64,000 nt of DNA from an uncultured Methanosarcinaceae archaeon. Its GTDB lineage: Archaea > Halobacteriota > Methanosarcinia > Methanosarcinales > Methanosarcinaceae. Positions 20,590 to 31,884 of the stretch are shown in pieces; position 1 is the stretch's first letter; every line of letters starts with the position of its first letter. The position numbers and the translations under genes are program-made. The DNA lies in the NCBI GenBank assembly GCA_963733675.1, contig CAVTET010000001.1, positions 544,001 through 608,000 on the forward strand. The letters run 5' to 3'. The notes below the pieces were generated by a model. It made no database searches. It was not told the origin of the DNA and worked only from the letters and a program-made list of their open reading frames with translations.

Positions 20590-21236
20590 CAGGATTAAAG
20601 AATAATTTACAGCTAATAGCTTTACTTATTGACCTTCAGGCTGATAAATTCAAAAGTAAAATAGGAGTGATGAGTTCAGAAATCATAGATGTTTCAGGGA
20701 AAGTCAGGATAGAGTAGTATCTATGGCTCTTATTCATGAAGAATTATACAAAGGTGAGAAGTTCGAAGATCTGGATTTTGTACCATACATTAAGAAGTTC
20801 AATCAAAATCTTTTCTAGACTTATAAGCTTGTAAATACAACTATAAGCTTAAACATACATCTGGAAGATGACCTTTTCTTTGATATGGATACTGCAATCT
20901 CATTAGGAATGGTTGTTAATGAACTTATTTCGAACTCCTTAAAACATACATTTCCAGGCTGAGATCACGGAGAAATCCAAATCAAATTATGCCGTGGAAA
21001 AACAGAAGAATGTATAAACCGCAGAGAAGAAAACAAGAATGAAAATTGTAATACTACCAGTATCATTATGATCATCTCAGATGATGGAGTAGGTATACCT
21101 GCAAATCTTGAGATTGTAGATATTGAAAGTATCGGATTCCAGCTGGTAACTTTCTTATGGATCAGTTAGATGGGGAACTTGAACTTAAAAGGAACGATGG
21201 GACTGAATTCACTATGAACTTCACAGTAAAAGAATA
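20590..21236 (+). pseudogene. Decayed HisKA_2/HATPase kinase C-terminus
   Basis: [49 protein letters not shown] with stops and shifts. Confidence 0.8.
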
Positions 21237-21399
21237 AAAGCAAGCATAAATTATGTTTGACAGCAATGCCTATTACATTTGATTTTATCCATCAAGTGCG
21301 TACTATAAGGGGAGTTCAAAATAGCTATCAACATCCTTGGTCTAATTTGACAACTTTGTCTTTAAAAATATAACGCTTGTTAATATTTTCTGGAATCTT

Positions 21400-21720
21400 C
21401 AAATTGCAGACTCTCGGAGAGATACTCTATTTTCGAGTCCAGGTCCCTAGCAACAACGAGAGTTTCGGGGTTTCTGTAGGGGGCCAGAAGACTGTCATCT
21501 CGTCATACGACAAATGTACACCGTCTGGTTGCTCATCCACCAGAATTGTAATCTGAGCATAGGATAATGCATCTGAAAAATGCTTTTTCATTTCTTTCAT
21601 GATGAACGTATTGCCGATTATCGCTACGACCACGATTGCAGTAGCACTGCTCGTCCGTACAAGGAACTCAGAATGGCAGTTCCATAGAAAGGAGCAGAAG
21701 GAAAAGATGCTACGATTGCC
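21400..21720 (-). pseudogene. DUF302-like protein remnant
   Basis: IIGNTFIMKEM...SYAQITILVDEQPDGVHLSYD. Confidence 0.45.
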
Positions 21721-21989
21721 TAGATTGCGGCAGATCCTAAATTAAGGTAATAGATAACCTTACCGAGCATAATGGTCACAACTTAAATGCCGATCCTACT
21801 TTCTAACCATTACAAGGAAAAAGGGGCCTGTTGGAGAAGCAAGTAGTTGCTTGTGGTAACTGTTCCAACAAACAGGGTTGCATGGAGGGCAAAATCGAGA
21901 ACAAGCTCATATATTCCGTTTATCGGATTACTGTCAAATTTTTTGCTCATCGGGAAATATATCCAATCAAAAGGACAATGAAAACAGAT

Positions 21990-23549
21990 ACTACGATCGC
22001 AACTTTAGCGCCGTAGCTTTCAGCTAACTTGACGAAGTCTGGGTTTTCGAAGTCGATGTGCAAGTGGTGCCCGAACTCAATATCCATTTTCCATTTGATC
22101 AGGCTGTAGCTCCCATCCACCCATACCAGCACGACAATAGGTATTTTTTCGCGCACTGCTGTCTCTGGTTCCTGCGAGTTCATGAGAAACCCGGCGTCAC
22201 CCGCAACCGCGAGAACTTTTCGCTCAGGGTAGGCAAGTTTCGCACTAATTGCACCTGGAAACGCAAAGGCCATGGTTGAGAGACCGTTGGAAATAAGGCA
22301 CGTGTTTGGCCGATACGTGGGGTAAAGACGGGCCATCCACATCTTGACTGCACCTGTGTCAACGAGTAAGATATCTTCTTCACCCCAATGCAGTTCTGAT
22401 ATCTGCGACGATTCTCTGGGGCTTGAGAGGATATGAGTTGTCTTCTCTTCCCCTCTCCAACTCTTCCCATATAAGGTGAGTGATCTTGGTATCTATTGGG
22501 CTCAATCCCGGTGTCGCCTTAACTTCTTGAGACAGGGTGTCGAAAGACTCTGAAATACTGCCTTCGATGCCGACCATAACGTGGTAGTGAGCGTCGACTC
22601 TTGCTGGATAGCGATGAATATGGATAATCTGCTTATCCCCTTTTGGATTGATTCTCACAGGATCAAATTCTTGCAGATCATAGCCGACGCATATAACTAC
22701 GTCAGCCTGGTCGAAGCCAAAATTGACGTAGTCATGGAGCATAAATCCTGCAGCGCCCAGAGAATTAGGATGATTGTCCGGAAAGACGCCTTTGCCCATA
22801 AAGGTCGTCGCTACCGATATCCTGAGGCGCTCTGAGATATGGATTAGCGCTTCACTGGCATGATCACGTACGGTGCCATGCTCCACCAGAACAATTGGTT
22901 TTTTTGCAGCTTCTAAGACTTTGACAGCTCTTGCTATCTGAGTGGCGGATGGAGAGGAATCATGAACGATATTAATCTCGAGTGAGTGGTATCCTTCGGG
23001 AGCTGGCAAGCTTTCGACATCTTGTGGAAAGGCTAGATACACGGCTCCAGGCCGCTCTGTCTGAGCTTGCTTGAAGGCACTTCGAACCATTTATGGTATT
23101 GCCTCTGCGGATTGGATCAGGGCGGCCCACTTTGTAAGCGGTTTGAACATGCTTACCAGGTCAACGATTTGGTGAGATTCTTTGTAGATGCGATTCAGGC
23201 CTACCTGTGCGCTGATTGCGACGAGTGGCACGCTATCGGTATTGGCATCAGCCGTGCCGAGCATAAGATTAATCGCTCCCCGTCCGAGCGTCGCGATGCA
23301 CACTCCTGGCTGACCAGTGAGACGGCCATAGATATCTGTCATGAAAGAAGCGGCTTGCTCGTGACTGGTAAGGATGAAACGAATGGACGATTCGTTAAAT
23401 GCATCGATCATACGGATATTTTCCTCTCCGGGTATACCAAAGATGTATATGACATCCTTGTTTTCCAAACATCGCACAAAAAATTGTGCGGCATTCATGG
23501 GGAGCTTGATGCAATTCTTTACCGCAAAAGTCTCTTCACTATGTTCCAT
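21990..23549 (-). pseudogene. Thiamine-diphosphate enzyme (acetolactate synthase-like), broken by TAA/TGA and a frameshift
   Basis: IFGIPGEEN, HEQAASF, RPGAVYL, SNGLSTMAFAFPGA, GDAGFLMNSQE. Confidence 0.88.
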
Positions 23550-23704
23550 GAGATTTAAACCTTTTATTTATAAATCGTTTGATGCAAGGTATCTAGTGAG
23601 AATACATCTGGATCGACCTAGGCATTGATGCTAACCCAGTAAAAGGCGGCACGCCTTCAGTGATCTGATTGAGTTCCTCGAGCTCAGTTCGCTGAGTCTC
23701 TCTA

Positions 23705-23825
23705 TTGTTTATAGTCGACCCATAAGCAGCAATTTCTCAGGATGCACCCGCGATTTTGGATCATCGACACGGCTCTTTAAGATGATCGGAACCTTAAAGC
23801 CGAGTACGACTTCGGCCATCCATTC
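23705..23825 (-). pseudogene. Possible C-terminal remnant of a phosphate acetyl/butyryltransferase
   Basis: MAEVVLGFKVPIILKSRVDDPKSRV resembles the GxVLGxxVPIILTSRAD tail. Confidence 0.4.
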
Positions 23826-24350
23826 ATTCTGAGGATTCAATTTGTTTCGCCAGCATGTTTCCAAATTCGAGTAAAGTACGACATGGTATCAGCTTTTCCA
23901 TATTATGAATTTTTGTTTTCAACCATTGTATTTTCATATCCATTCTCATTACTGCAACTTTCCTTTCCTGTTCTTCATTTAGAAGTGCCTAAAACTCAGG
24001 TATTGGGCCAGCATGCATAATTGAATTTTCTTCGCATATGTTTAATTACCTTTTCATGTATGTTCACAGAACAAAATTTTGGATCGGGTCCTTGAATCAA
24101 TAATCAAATATGAAAAAGAAGTATATCTCCCATTTTGGAAAATGTAGAGTGAATCTTGAATTTACGATTTTCAACAATATATAATCACGAGCAATTCTGT
24201 CTCATGAACAACTTGATTTCTTTAACAAAATTTCATTGTAAAAGAAATGTATCCCTTTAATATCTTTTTAGTATATAGTATAAATATATATAGAGAATTT
24301 CAATGAACCCTAATTTTTGGTTGATTGCCTATAAAAAGAATGTAAGCAAT

Positions 24351-24780
24351 TTGTTAAAATCGAAGATTTATCGGAATTATCTGCAATTACCCCTCTACTA
24401 ACACATCCAATCGGTCATCCCTCACTCTTTGACTATTTACCTGTCCACTTTTAACTGTAATGCTATATTTATCTCCTTTGTTTTTTAAATTAATTATACA
24501 AAAAATAGTTTCTTAATAAAAATTACTGCCCCCTCAAATATTTTAAAACCAAAACATAATTAATATAAAATTAGTTCTTAGCTTTAAAAGATTCTATAGT
24601 GAAGTAATTTTTATTAAGAAACTATTTTTTGTATAATTAATTTAAAAAACAAAGGAGATAAATATAGCATTACAGTTAAAAGTGGACAGGTAAATAGTCA
24701 AAGAGTGAGGGATGACCGATTGGATGTGTTAGTAGAGGGGTAATTGCAGATAATTCCGATAAACCTTCAATTTTTTACAA
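24351..24780. repeat. Long inverted repeat: arms ~24351-24527 and 24603-24780, 75-bp spacer
   Basis: ~24368-24527 reads as the reverse complement of 24603-~24763; outer ~17 bp imperfect. Confidence 0.95.
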
Positions 24781-25025
24781 CTGGCCATTAATGACTTTTC
24801 GGATAGGCTCTAAGTCTACGAGGAGGACTATATGGAGCATCAAACTCGAATTGTCACATAATACATATGAGCTTCAGGATGCAGTGAAGAATGGCGACGC
24901 ACATATTACCGTCAAAGGCGAAATTCGCAGAAAAAAATTCGAACAGGATTCTCGCGAGAAAAAAAATCATAAGTAAAGTGGAATTCTCATTAATTCCTGC
25001 AATGTTATCAAAGGAGATTTTACCA

Positions 25026-25670
25026 ATGGTTGAAGAGGAATGTATTAGTTTTCCGACACTGGGTGAACCTGCACCGGACTTTGAAGCCGAGACCACTCAG
25101 GGTCCGATAAAACTCTCTGACCTGAAAGGGAAATGGGTGATACTGTTTTCGCATCCCTCAGATTTCACCCCGGTTTGTACAACGGAATTCATAGCTTTTG
25201 CCGAGATTCACGCTGAACTTGCAGCTCTCAACGTGAAGTTGATCGGGCTGTCTGTAGATAGCATTTCATCTCACCTCGCCTGGGTACGTAACATCAAGGA
25301 AAAGATGAGTGTCACCATCCAGTTCCCGATCATTGCCGATCTGAACATGAAAGTGGCAAAGAAGTATGGTATGATACACCCGGCACAGAACTCGACCGCA
25401 GCAGTCAGGTGTGTATTCTTCATCGATGACAAGGGGATCATGCGGGCGATGATTTACTACCCGCTGCAGAATGGGCGGTTCCTGCCCGAGGTCATCAGGC
25501 TCGTAAAAGCGCTCCAGACGACTGACAAATACAAGGTATCGACGCCGGCCAACTGGCAGCCGGGCGACAACGTTGTCGTGGCCCCGCCGAAGACCGCAGC
25601 CGAGATGGACAAGCGATTAGACGAAGGATGCGAGTGCAAAGACTGGTATCTATGTTTTAAAAAAATATGA
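25026..25670 (+). CDS. Peroxiredoxin (Prx6/archaeal type)
   Basis: FSHPSDFTPVCTTE, GLSVDS, TPANWQPGD, CKDWYLC; AAGGAG RBS before ATG 25026. Confidence 0.93.
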   Translation: MVEEECISFPTLGEPAPDFEAETTQGPIKLSDLKGKWVILFSHPSDFTPVCTTEFIAFAEIHAELAALNVKLIGLSVDSISSHLAWVRNIKEKMSVTIQFPIIADLNMKVAKKYGMIHPAQNSTAAVRCVFFIDDKGIMRAMIYYPLQNGRFLPEVIRLVKALQTTDKYKVSTPANWQPGDNVVVAPPKTAAEMDKRLDEGCECKDWYLCFKKI

Positions 25671-25805
25671 GAGTAGAAGGTGTTTCAACCTCGTTAAACT
25701 TGCCTGATCCTGATAAATGCCAGTTTATAAAATGGCACAGTGGTTCATCCAAGGACTCTCTTTATCAGATATTTCAGGGGCAAGCTCATTAATGGAGATC
25801 TGAGC

Positions 25806-27558
25806 ATGAGTAATATGAGTAATAAATCTGGAAGGAAGGCAAATGAAGGCACTAAAGCTGATGTAATTCTCACAAATGGCCGAATTGCCACACTGGACAA
25901 ACGTAACATGTTTGTTTCATCTATGGCCATTTGTGATGGTCATATCATCACTGTCGGTGATGAAGGGGATACGAAGGAAAATTGGTCCCCTGGCACCAGA
26001 GTTATTGATGTGCATTGACTGTTGTTCCTGGGCTTAACGACTCGCACGTTCATGTAGTTCGTGCAGGTCTCAATTACAACATGGAGCTTCGATGGGATGG
26101 TGTGCCGACATTAGCTGAGGCTCTTCGGAGGTTACGAGACCAGGCCAGACGGACGCCGCCGGAAGAGTGGGTTCGCGTCGTGGGAGGCTGGTCTGAATTC
26201 CAGTTCGCTGAGCGCAGGACGCCGACGCTGACAGAGATCAACGAAGCGGTGCCTGAACAAACTGGCCTTTGTCCTATCTGTACCATAGTGCCATGCTCAA
26301 CCGGTTGGGGAGTGGCAGACGTGGGCTACAATCGAGATACACCAGATCCTCCTGGCGGTGTGATTGAGCGTGACGAAGAAGGTAATCCCATAGGTCTCTT
26401 TTTCGCTAAGCCGAATGCGAACATTCTGTACTCGACACTTGCCAAAGGACCTAAGCTCAGCTATAGCGATCAATTAAATTCCACCCGGCAATTTTTGTGG
26501 GAGCTCAACCGTTTTGGGGTCACTAGTGTCAGAGATGCAGGTGGTGGCTCCCAGAACTTTCCTGAGGATTATACCGTTATTGGCGATCTGGCAAAGCGAG
26601 GTCTGCTTATTGTCCGAGTAGCCTATAATCTGTTCACTCAACGTCCCAAACATGAGCTGGAGGACTTTGCTAGCTGGGTGAATATGACGAAGCCGGGTCA
26701 AGGTGATGATTTGATGATTTCTACAGGATGAACGGTGCAGGAGAGATGTTAGTATTTTCCACAGCAGATTTTGAAAATTTTAGTGAACCTCGCCCTGAGA
26801 TGGCGAACGCGATGGAGAATGAGCTGAAGGATGTAGTGGAACTCCTTTTCCGGAACTGTTGGCCTTTCCGTATCCATGCAACCTACGATGAGTCAATCAC
26901 CCGTTTCCTGAACGTTTTTGAAGAAGTGAATGATGAGACACCGTTCAATGGAATACACTGGTTCTTCGATCATGCAGAAACGATCTCTGAACAAAACATC
27001 AAACGGATTCGCAACTTGAAAGGGGGCATAGCTGTCCAAAAACGTATGGCTTTCCAATGCGAACACTTCGTCGCCCGATATGGAGATGAGGCAGCTACTC
27101 AGGCATCGTCGGTACACAGAATGATGGATATAGGTGCCTCCGTGGGTGCAGGAACATATGCGACGAGAGTATCAAGCTACAATCCGTGGCGTTCGCTGTA
27201 TTGGCCCATTACTGGCAAGTCAGTCGTAGGTGCACCCAGCTTCTCGGAGTCGGGTAGAATCGAGTGCGTATCGGCACTCGGGCTCTATAGTCAGGGAAGC
27301 GCCTGGTTCTCAAATGAGGATGAAAGGAAGGGAACGCTAGGAGTGGGGAAATTTGCTGACCTCGCAGTCTTATCTGCAGATTATTTCACGATTCCGGAGG
27401 AAGCTGTAAAGCAGATTGAATCAGTACTTACCCTTGTAGGAGGCAAGGTAGTATATGGAAGTGGAGAGTTCGAACGGCTCGCACCACCATTATCAGTCAG
27501 CACACCGTGGTCGCCTGTGACTGTATATGGCGGATACCCCCATTCACACTGTTGTTGA
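25806..27558 (+). pseudogene. Amidohydrolase-3 (YtcJ-like), frameshifted into 3 pieces
   Basis: ILTNGRIAT, VVPGLNDSHVH, FRIHATYD, FDHAE, GKFADLAVLS. Confidence 0.85.
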
Positions 27559-28085
27559 GGGCAGCTGCATTAGATCCCCGAACATGGATCGAGATTATTG
27601 AAAAATTTATGCTCGCTTTACCAGAAATACTCAAAGTGCCATAATCTCAGACCAGTTCAGATGCATGTATATTTGGAGATGGTCATGAATAACCAGAGTT
27701 GGTTGGAGAAAACCAATGAGATGCTATCTTTGTCACTAAACGCACGGTTTTAGTCATAATTATCAAACACCTATTCTCCGGAAATAACCCACGAAGCTCA
27801 ATTAAGGGAGGAGACTGAAAGAATCGGGTCGTTTTGGGCCGGGTACCAAGGAAGAAGTATTCTTCCCATCATGATATCTCCTTGTTTCAGGTTGTACGTT
27901 TTTTCCATTCGTATGTTCCAAAAACTGACGGAGATTCCAAAACGAAAACTATAACTAACGCGCTGGAGAAAGTAATGGGTTAATGTACTTTATTTACGGG
28001 TAACTACCTTAGACCAATCATACAGAGAGTGCTTTAACCACGGTACAGCCTGAAGAACACCGAATTGAAAACGAGGCGATACTAT

Positions 28086-29453
28086 TTGTCGAAAGTTGTA
28101 GAGATCTCTCCAACCACGAGACATGAAGGCCACTCCAAGCTCACCCTGAAGGTGAATGATCAGGGTATAGTCGAGCGGGGAGACTGGCTTTCCATTACCC
28201 CGGTCAGGGGTATTGAGAAGCTCGCCATAGGTAAGACGATGGACCAGGTCCCAAAGATTGCCTCTCGGGTATGCGGTATCTGTCCCGTCGCCCATTGCCT
28301 GGCGAGCATCGAGGCCATGGAGGCCTCTGTCGGCTGCGAGATCCCCACGGACGCAAAGCTCTTGCGTGTCATTCTCCATGCTGCTAATCGCTCCCACAGC
28401 ATCGCCCTGCACAACATCCTAATCCTCCCGGACTTTTACATCCCGGGGACGGAGACGAAGATCAACCCGTTCACCAAGGAGCAGCTTTTCAGGAGCGTTA
28501 CGTCAAGGATCATCCACATCCGCGAGATCGGGCAGACCATTGGAGCCATCGCAGGCGGCGAGGCGATCCACCCCTCCAACCCGAGGGTCGGTGGTATGTA
28601 CCGCAACGTAAGCCCCCGGGCAAAGCAGAAGATGGCCGACCTAGCGAAGGAAGGTCTCGTACTTGCCCACGAGCAGATGGAGTTCATGCTCGAGGTCATC
28701 AGGAACATGCAGAACCGGGAGTTCACTGACGTCGCGGGCAAGAAGATCCCGATTCCCAAGAAGCTCGGATACCATGACCAGGGGGTCATGGCCACATCAC
28801 CGATGTATGGCTCATCCAGTCTGGACGAGAAGCCCATGTGGGACTTTGCCAGGTGGAAGGAGACCCGGCCATGGGACTGGTACATGGGTGAGGTAACCAT
28901 CGATCTTGAGGACCCAAGCTACCCAATCGGCGGCACCACGAAAGCCGGCACCAAGGCCAACCCCCAGATGGAAGCCTGCAACGGTGTTCCAACCTACGAC
29001 GGCCAGCCGGTTGAGGTCGGCCCGAGGGCAAGGCTCGCCACCTTCAAGAACTTCACCGATAGAGGTACCTTCGCCCAGCACATCGCCAGGCAGCTGGAGT
29101 ACCCAGACTGCTTCTACACCATCCTCAAGTGCCTTGACAACCTAGATACCTCGGGCAAGGTCCTCGCTGACCCCATCCCCCAGGGGGACGGATCCATGGG
29201 CTGGGCCGCGAACGAGGCCCCACGCGGGACCGATGTCCACCTTGCACGGGTGAAGGACGGGCGAGTGTTGTGGTACGAGATGCTTGTGCCCACCACCTGG
29301 AACCTCCCGACCTGCAGCCGCGGTTTGACGGGAGCGCCTTGGCAGATCGCCGAGATGGTCATCCGGGCCTATGACCCGTGCGTCTCGTGCGCAACACACA
29401 TGATCGTGGTGGACGAGAAGAACAAGATAGTCGACCAGAAGCTGATCCAGTGA
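28086..29453 (+). CDS. frhA: F420-reducing [NiFe] hydrogenase large subunit
   Basis: TTRHEGH, RVCGICP (L1), RAYDPCVSCATH (L2) plus cleavable tail; TTG start after GAGGCG. Confidence 0.96.
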   Translation: MSKVVEISPTTRHEGHSKLTLKVNDQGIVERGDWLSITPVRGIEKLAIGKTMDQVPKIASRVCGICPVAHCLASIEAMEASVGCEIPTDAKLLRVILHAANRSHSIALHNILILPDFYIPGTETKINPFTKEQLFRSVTSRIIHIREIGQTIGAIAGGEAIHPSNPRVGGMYRNVSPRAKQKMADLAKEGLVLAHEQMEFMLEVIRNMQNREFTDVAGKKIPIPKKLGYHDQGVMATSPMYGSSSLDEKPMWDFARWKETRPWDWYMGEVTIDLEDPSYPIGGTTKAGTKANPQMEACNGVPTYDGQPVEVGPRARLATFKNFTDRGTFAQHIARQLEYPDCFYTILKCLDNLDTSGKVLADPIPQGDGSMGWAANEAPRGTDVHLARVKDGRVLWYEMLVPTTWNLPTCSRGLTGAPWQIAEMVIRAYDPCVSCATHMIVVDEKNKIVDQKLIQ

Positions 29454-29458
29454 AGGGA

Positions 29459-29938
29459 ATGGAAACGCTGTACTCCGATGTCGTGGTGGCAGGCTGTGGC
29501 AACCCGCTCTATGCGGACGATGGTTTCGGACCTGCCGTAGTGGAGAGTCTCAAGGGCCTCGAGCTCCCCGAAAACGTCACGGTAGTTGACGCGGGGCTCG
29601 GAGGCCCCCATTTCGTCTTTACCCTCCTCAATCCAGAGTCCACTAAGACTCTTATCATTGTGGACATCGCAGACTTCGGGGGGGAACCCGGCGAGCTCAG
29701 GTGGCTCACCGTTGACGAGCTTCCCGTGGGGAGCTACCGGGACGCCCACTCCTGGGATCTGACCGAGCCGCTCCAGCGCATCAAGGACGATATTCGGATC
29801 CTGGTTCTTGCATGCCAGAAGAAGTACGTTTCTGCCCCCGAGATGGTCATCGGGATTACAGATGAGGTGCAGAGAGCCATTCCCGAAGCTGTATCCGAGA
29901 TACTGACGGAAATCGGGATAAACTATGGGCTTACTTAA
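29459..29938 (+). CDS. frhD: Hydrogenase maturation endopeptidase
   Basis: GCGNPLYADDGFG, DAGLGG, DAHSW; operon position. Confidence 0.93.
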   Translation: METLYSDVVVAGCGNPLYADDGFGPAVVESLKGLELPENVTVVDAGLGGPHFVFTLLNPESTKTLIIVDIADFGGEPGELRWLTVDELPVGSYRDAHSWDLTEPLQRIKDDIRILVLACQKKYVSAPEMVIGITDEVQRAIPEAVSEILTEIGINYGLT

Positions 29939-30024
29939 CTCCATCAAGAAAACCTGGACTTGGAAGCCAAGCCCGCTCAGGTTGCGACGGAGAAGAAGGT
30001 GAAAGCTACAAAGGAGGCGAAACA

Positions 30025-30786
30025 GTGGCAAACAAAATCAAGCTCGGGCATGTACACATGAGCGGCTGTACCGGCTGCCTCGTGTCCATTGCCGACAACT
30101 ACTTGGGACTCATCAAGATCCTGGACGACTATGCCGACCTCGTCTACAGCCTCACACTCGCCGACGTCCGGCATATCCCAGAGATGGACGTGGCGCTCGT
30201 CGAGGGATCGGTCTGCATCCAGGATCATGAATCGGTGGAGGAGATCAAGGAGACGCGGAAGAAGTCCAAGATCGTGGTGGCCCTCGGCTCCTGTGCTAGC
30301 TACGGGAACATTACCCGGTTCTGCCGCGGCGGGCAGCACAACCAACCTCAGCATGAGTCATTCCTCCCCATCGGGAATCTCATCGACGTGGATGTTTACA
30401 TACCAGGATGCCCCCCGAGCCCTGAGCTCATAAGGAACGTCGCTGTCATGACACATCTGCTCCTACAGGGAAACGCGGACCAGAAGGCCCTTGCTGGCAA
30501 GTACTTAAAGCCCCTCATGGCCCTTGCGAAGCGCGGCACAACCGCATGCTTCTGCGATCTGATGAACGACGTGATCAACCAGGGCCTCTGCATAGGTTGC
30601 GGCACCTGCGCTGCATCCTGCCCCGTGCGGGCGATCACCCACGAGTTCGGGAAGCCGCAGGGTCAGCGTGACCTCTGCATCAAGTGCGGCTCCTGTTACG
30701 GCGCCTGCCCGAGATCATTCTTCAACTTCGACGTGATTCCTGAATTCGAGGCTATCAGCGAGATAATCGCTGGAGCGCTTAAGTGA
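30025..30786 (+). CDS. frhG: F420-reducing hydrogenase small subunit
   Basis: SGCTGC, EGS, GSCASYG, PGCPP, two CxxCxxCxxxCP motifs; GGAGG RBS. Confidence 0.95.
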   Translation: MANKIKLGHVHMSGCTGCLVSIADNYLGLIKILDDYADLVYSLTLADVRHIPEMDVALVEGSVCIQDHESVEEIKETRKKSKIVVALGSCASYGNITRFCRGGQHNQPQHESFLPIGNLIDVDVYIPGCPPSPELIRNVAVMTHLLLQGNADQKALAGKYLKPLMALAKRGTTACFCDLMNDVINQGLCIGCGTCAASCPVRAITHEFGKPQGQRDLCIKCGSCYGACPRSFFNFDVIPEFEAISEIIAGALK

Positions 30787-30796
30787 GGTGAATTAG

Positions 30797-31672
30797 ATGG
30801 TTGCAGATCCATATCTCGGCAAATACACGACCTGTGTCTCAGCAAGGAGCAAGGACAAGGAGATCCTCCAGCAGGCACAGGACGGTGGCATCGCCACTAC
30901 CCTTATGGTCCATGCCCTCGAGCAGGGGATCATCGACGGGGCCATTGTGGCAGGCTTGGGCGACCGGCCCTGGCAACCCAGGCCGTTCGTAGCGATGAGC
31001 CGCGAGGACATCCTCAAGGCAAGAGGGACGAAGTATAACATCAGCCCCCAGATCTCCTGGCTCAAGGAGGCTACCCGGTCCTTCGGCCTCGACAAGGTCG
31101 GGGTCACCGGCGTCTGCTGCCAGATGCAGGCGGTCAGAAAGGCTCAGCTCTATCCTATAAACATGCGGGATGTCCCGGACAAGATCGCCCTCACAGTAGG
31201 GCTCTTCTGCATGGAGAACTTCCCGTACAAGTCCATGCAGACCATCGTCGAGGACCACGCGGGCCAGAGCCTCAGCTCAGTGAAGAAAATGGAGATCGGG
31301 AAGGGCAAGTATTGGGTCTACACCGAGCGCGGGAATGTCGTCACCCTACCGCTCAAGGTGACCCACAAGTACGAGCAACCCGGTTGCCACGTATGCCTCG
31401 ATTATGTCTCCAACCTCGGCGACATCTCGACCGGCTCGGTCGGGAGCCCCGATGGCTGGTCCACGGTCTTCGTCCGCACTAAGGTGGGGAACGACGTCTG
31501 GTCCAAGGCAGTCGCCGCGGGCATGTTCGAGACGAAGCCCATCGAGGATGTCAAGCCTGGCCTCGAGCTCGTCACGAAGCTTGCAAAGGAGAAAATCGAC
31601 AAGAACCTGAAGACGGTCGAGGAGCGCAGGACCTTCGGTGTCAACAAGGCGCTGCGGGACCCCTACGCCTAA
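30797..31672 (+). CDS. frhB: F420-reducing hydrogenase FAD subunit
   Basis: AQDGGIAT, GTKY, GVCCQ, GLFCMENF, GCHVCLDY, GSVGSPDGWST. Confidence 0.95.
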   Translation: MVADPYLGKYTTCVSARSKDKEILQQAQDGGIATTLMVHALEQGIIDGAIVAGLGDRPWQPRPFVAMSREDILKARGTKYNISPQISWLKEATRSFGLDKVGVTGVCCQMQAVRKAQLYPINMRDVPDKIALTVGLFCMENFPYKSMQTIVEDHAGQSLSSVKKMEIGKGKYWVYTERGNVVTLPLKVTHKYEQPGCHVCLDYVSNLGDISTGSVGSPDGWSTVFVRTKVGNDVWSKAVAAGMFETKPIEDVKPGLELVTKLAKEKIDKNLKTVEERRTFGVNKALRDPYA

Positions 31673-31884
31673 AACTCATCTTTTTTTCATCATCGAAATT
31701 ATTCGCGTTATTTACATGAATACGGGGATGTGATAGGTTCTCATCCCTAAATTATGATTCCACTTATGTAACTCGGCTATCGCAACTGAGGGGTGTCAAG
31801 GTGGTGGGGTTGAGTCCTCAAGAGCGTCTATCAATCGAGTTTAAAAGTTGAACAGGGGAGTCCTTCAAAATTCGCATCGTCTTA

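Noticed and set aside
22380-23093. Selenocysteine/pyrrolysine recoding of the ThDP enzyme
   Set aside because: Stops are TAA and TGA with an added frameshift; ordinary decay
29365-29400. Selenocysteine in FrhA (Fru-type)
   Set aside because: The L2 motif is DPCVSC with ordinary Cys codons
27990-31647. Many overlapping ORFs on other frames/strand within frhADGB
   Set aside because: Shadow ORFs caused by high GC3; no recognisable motifs
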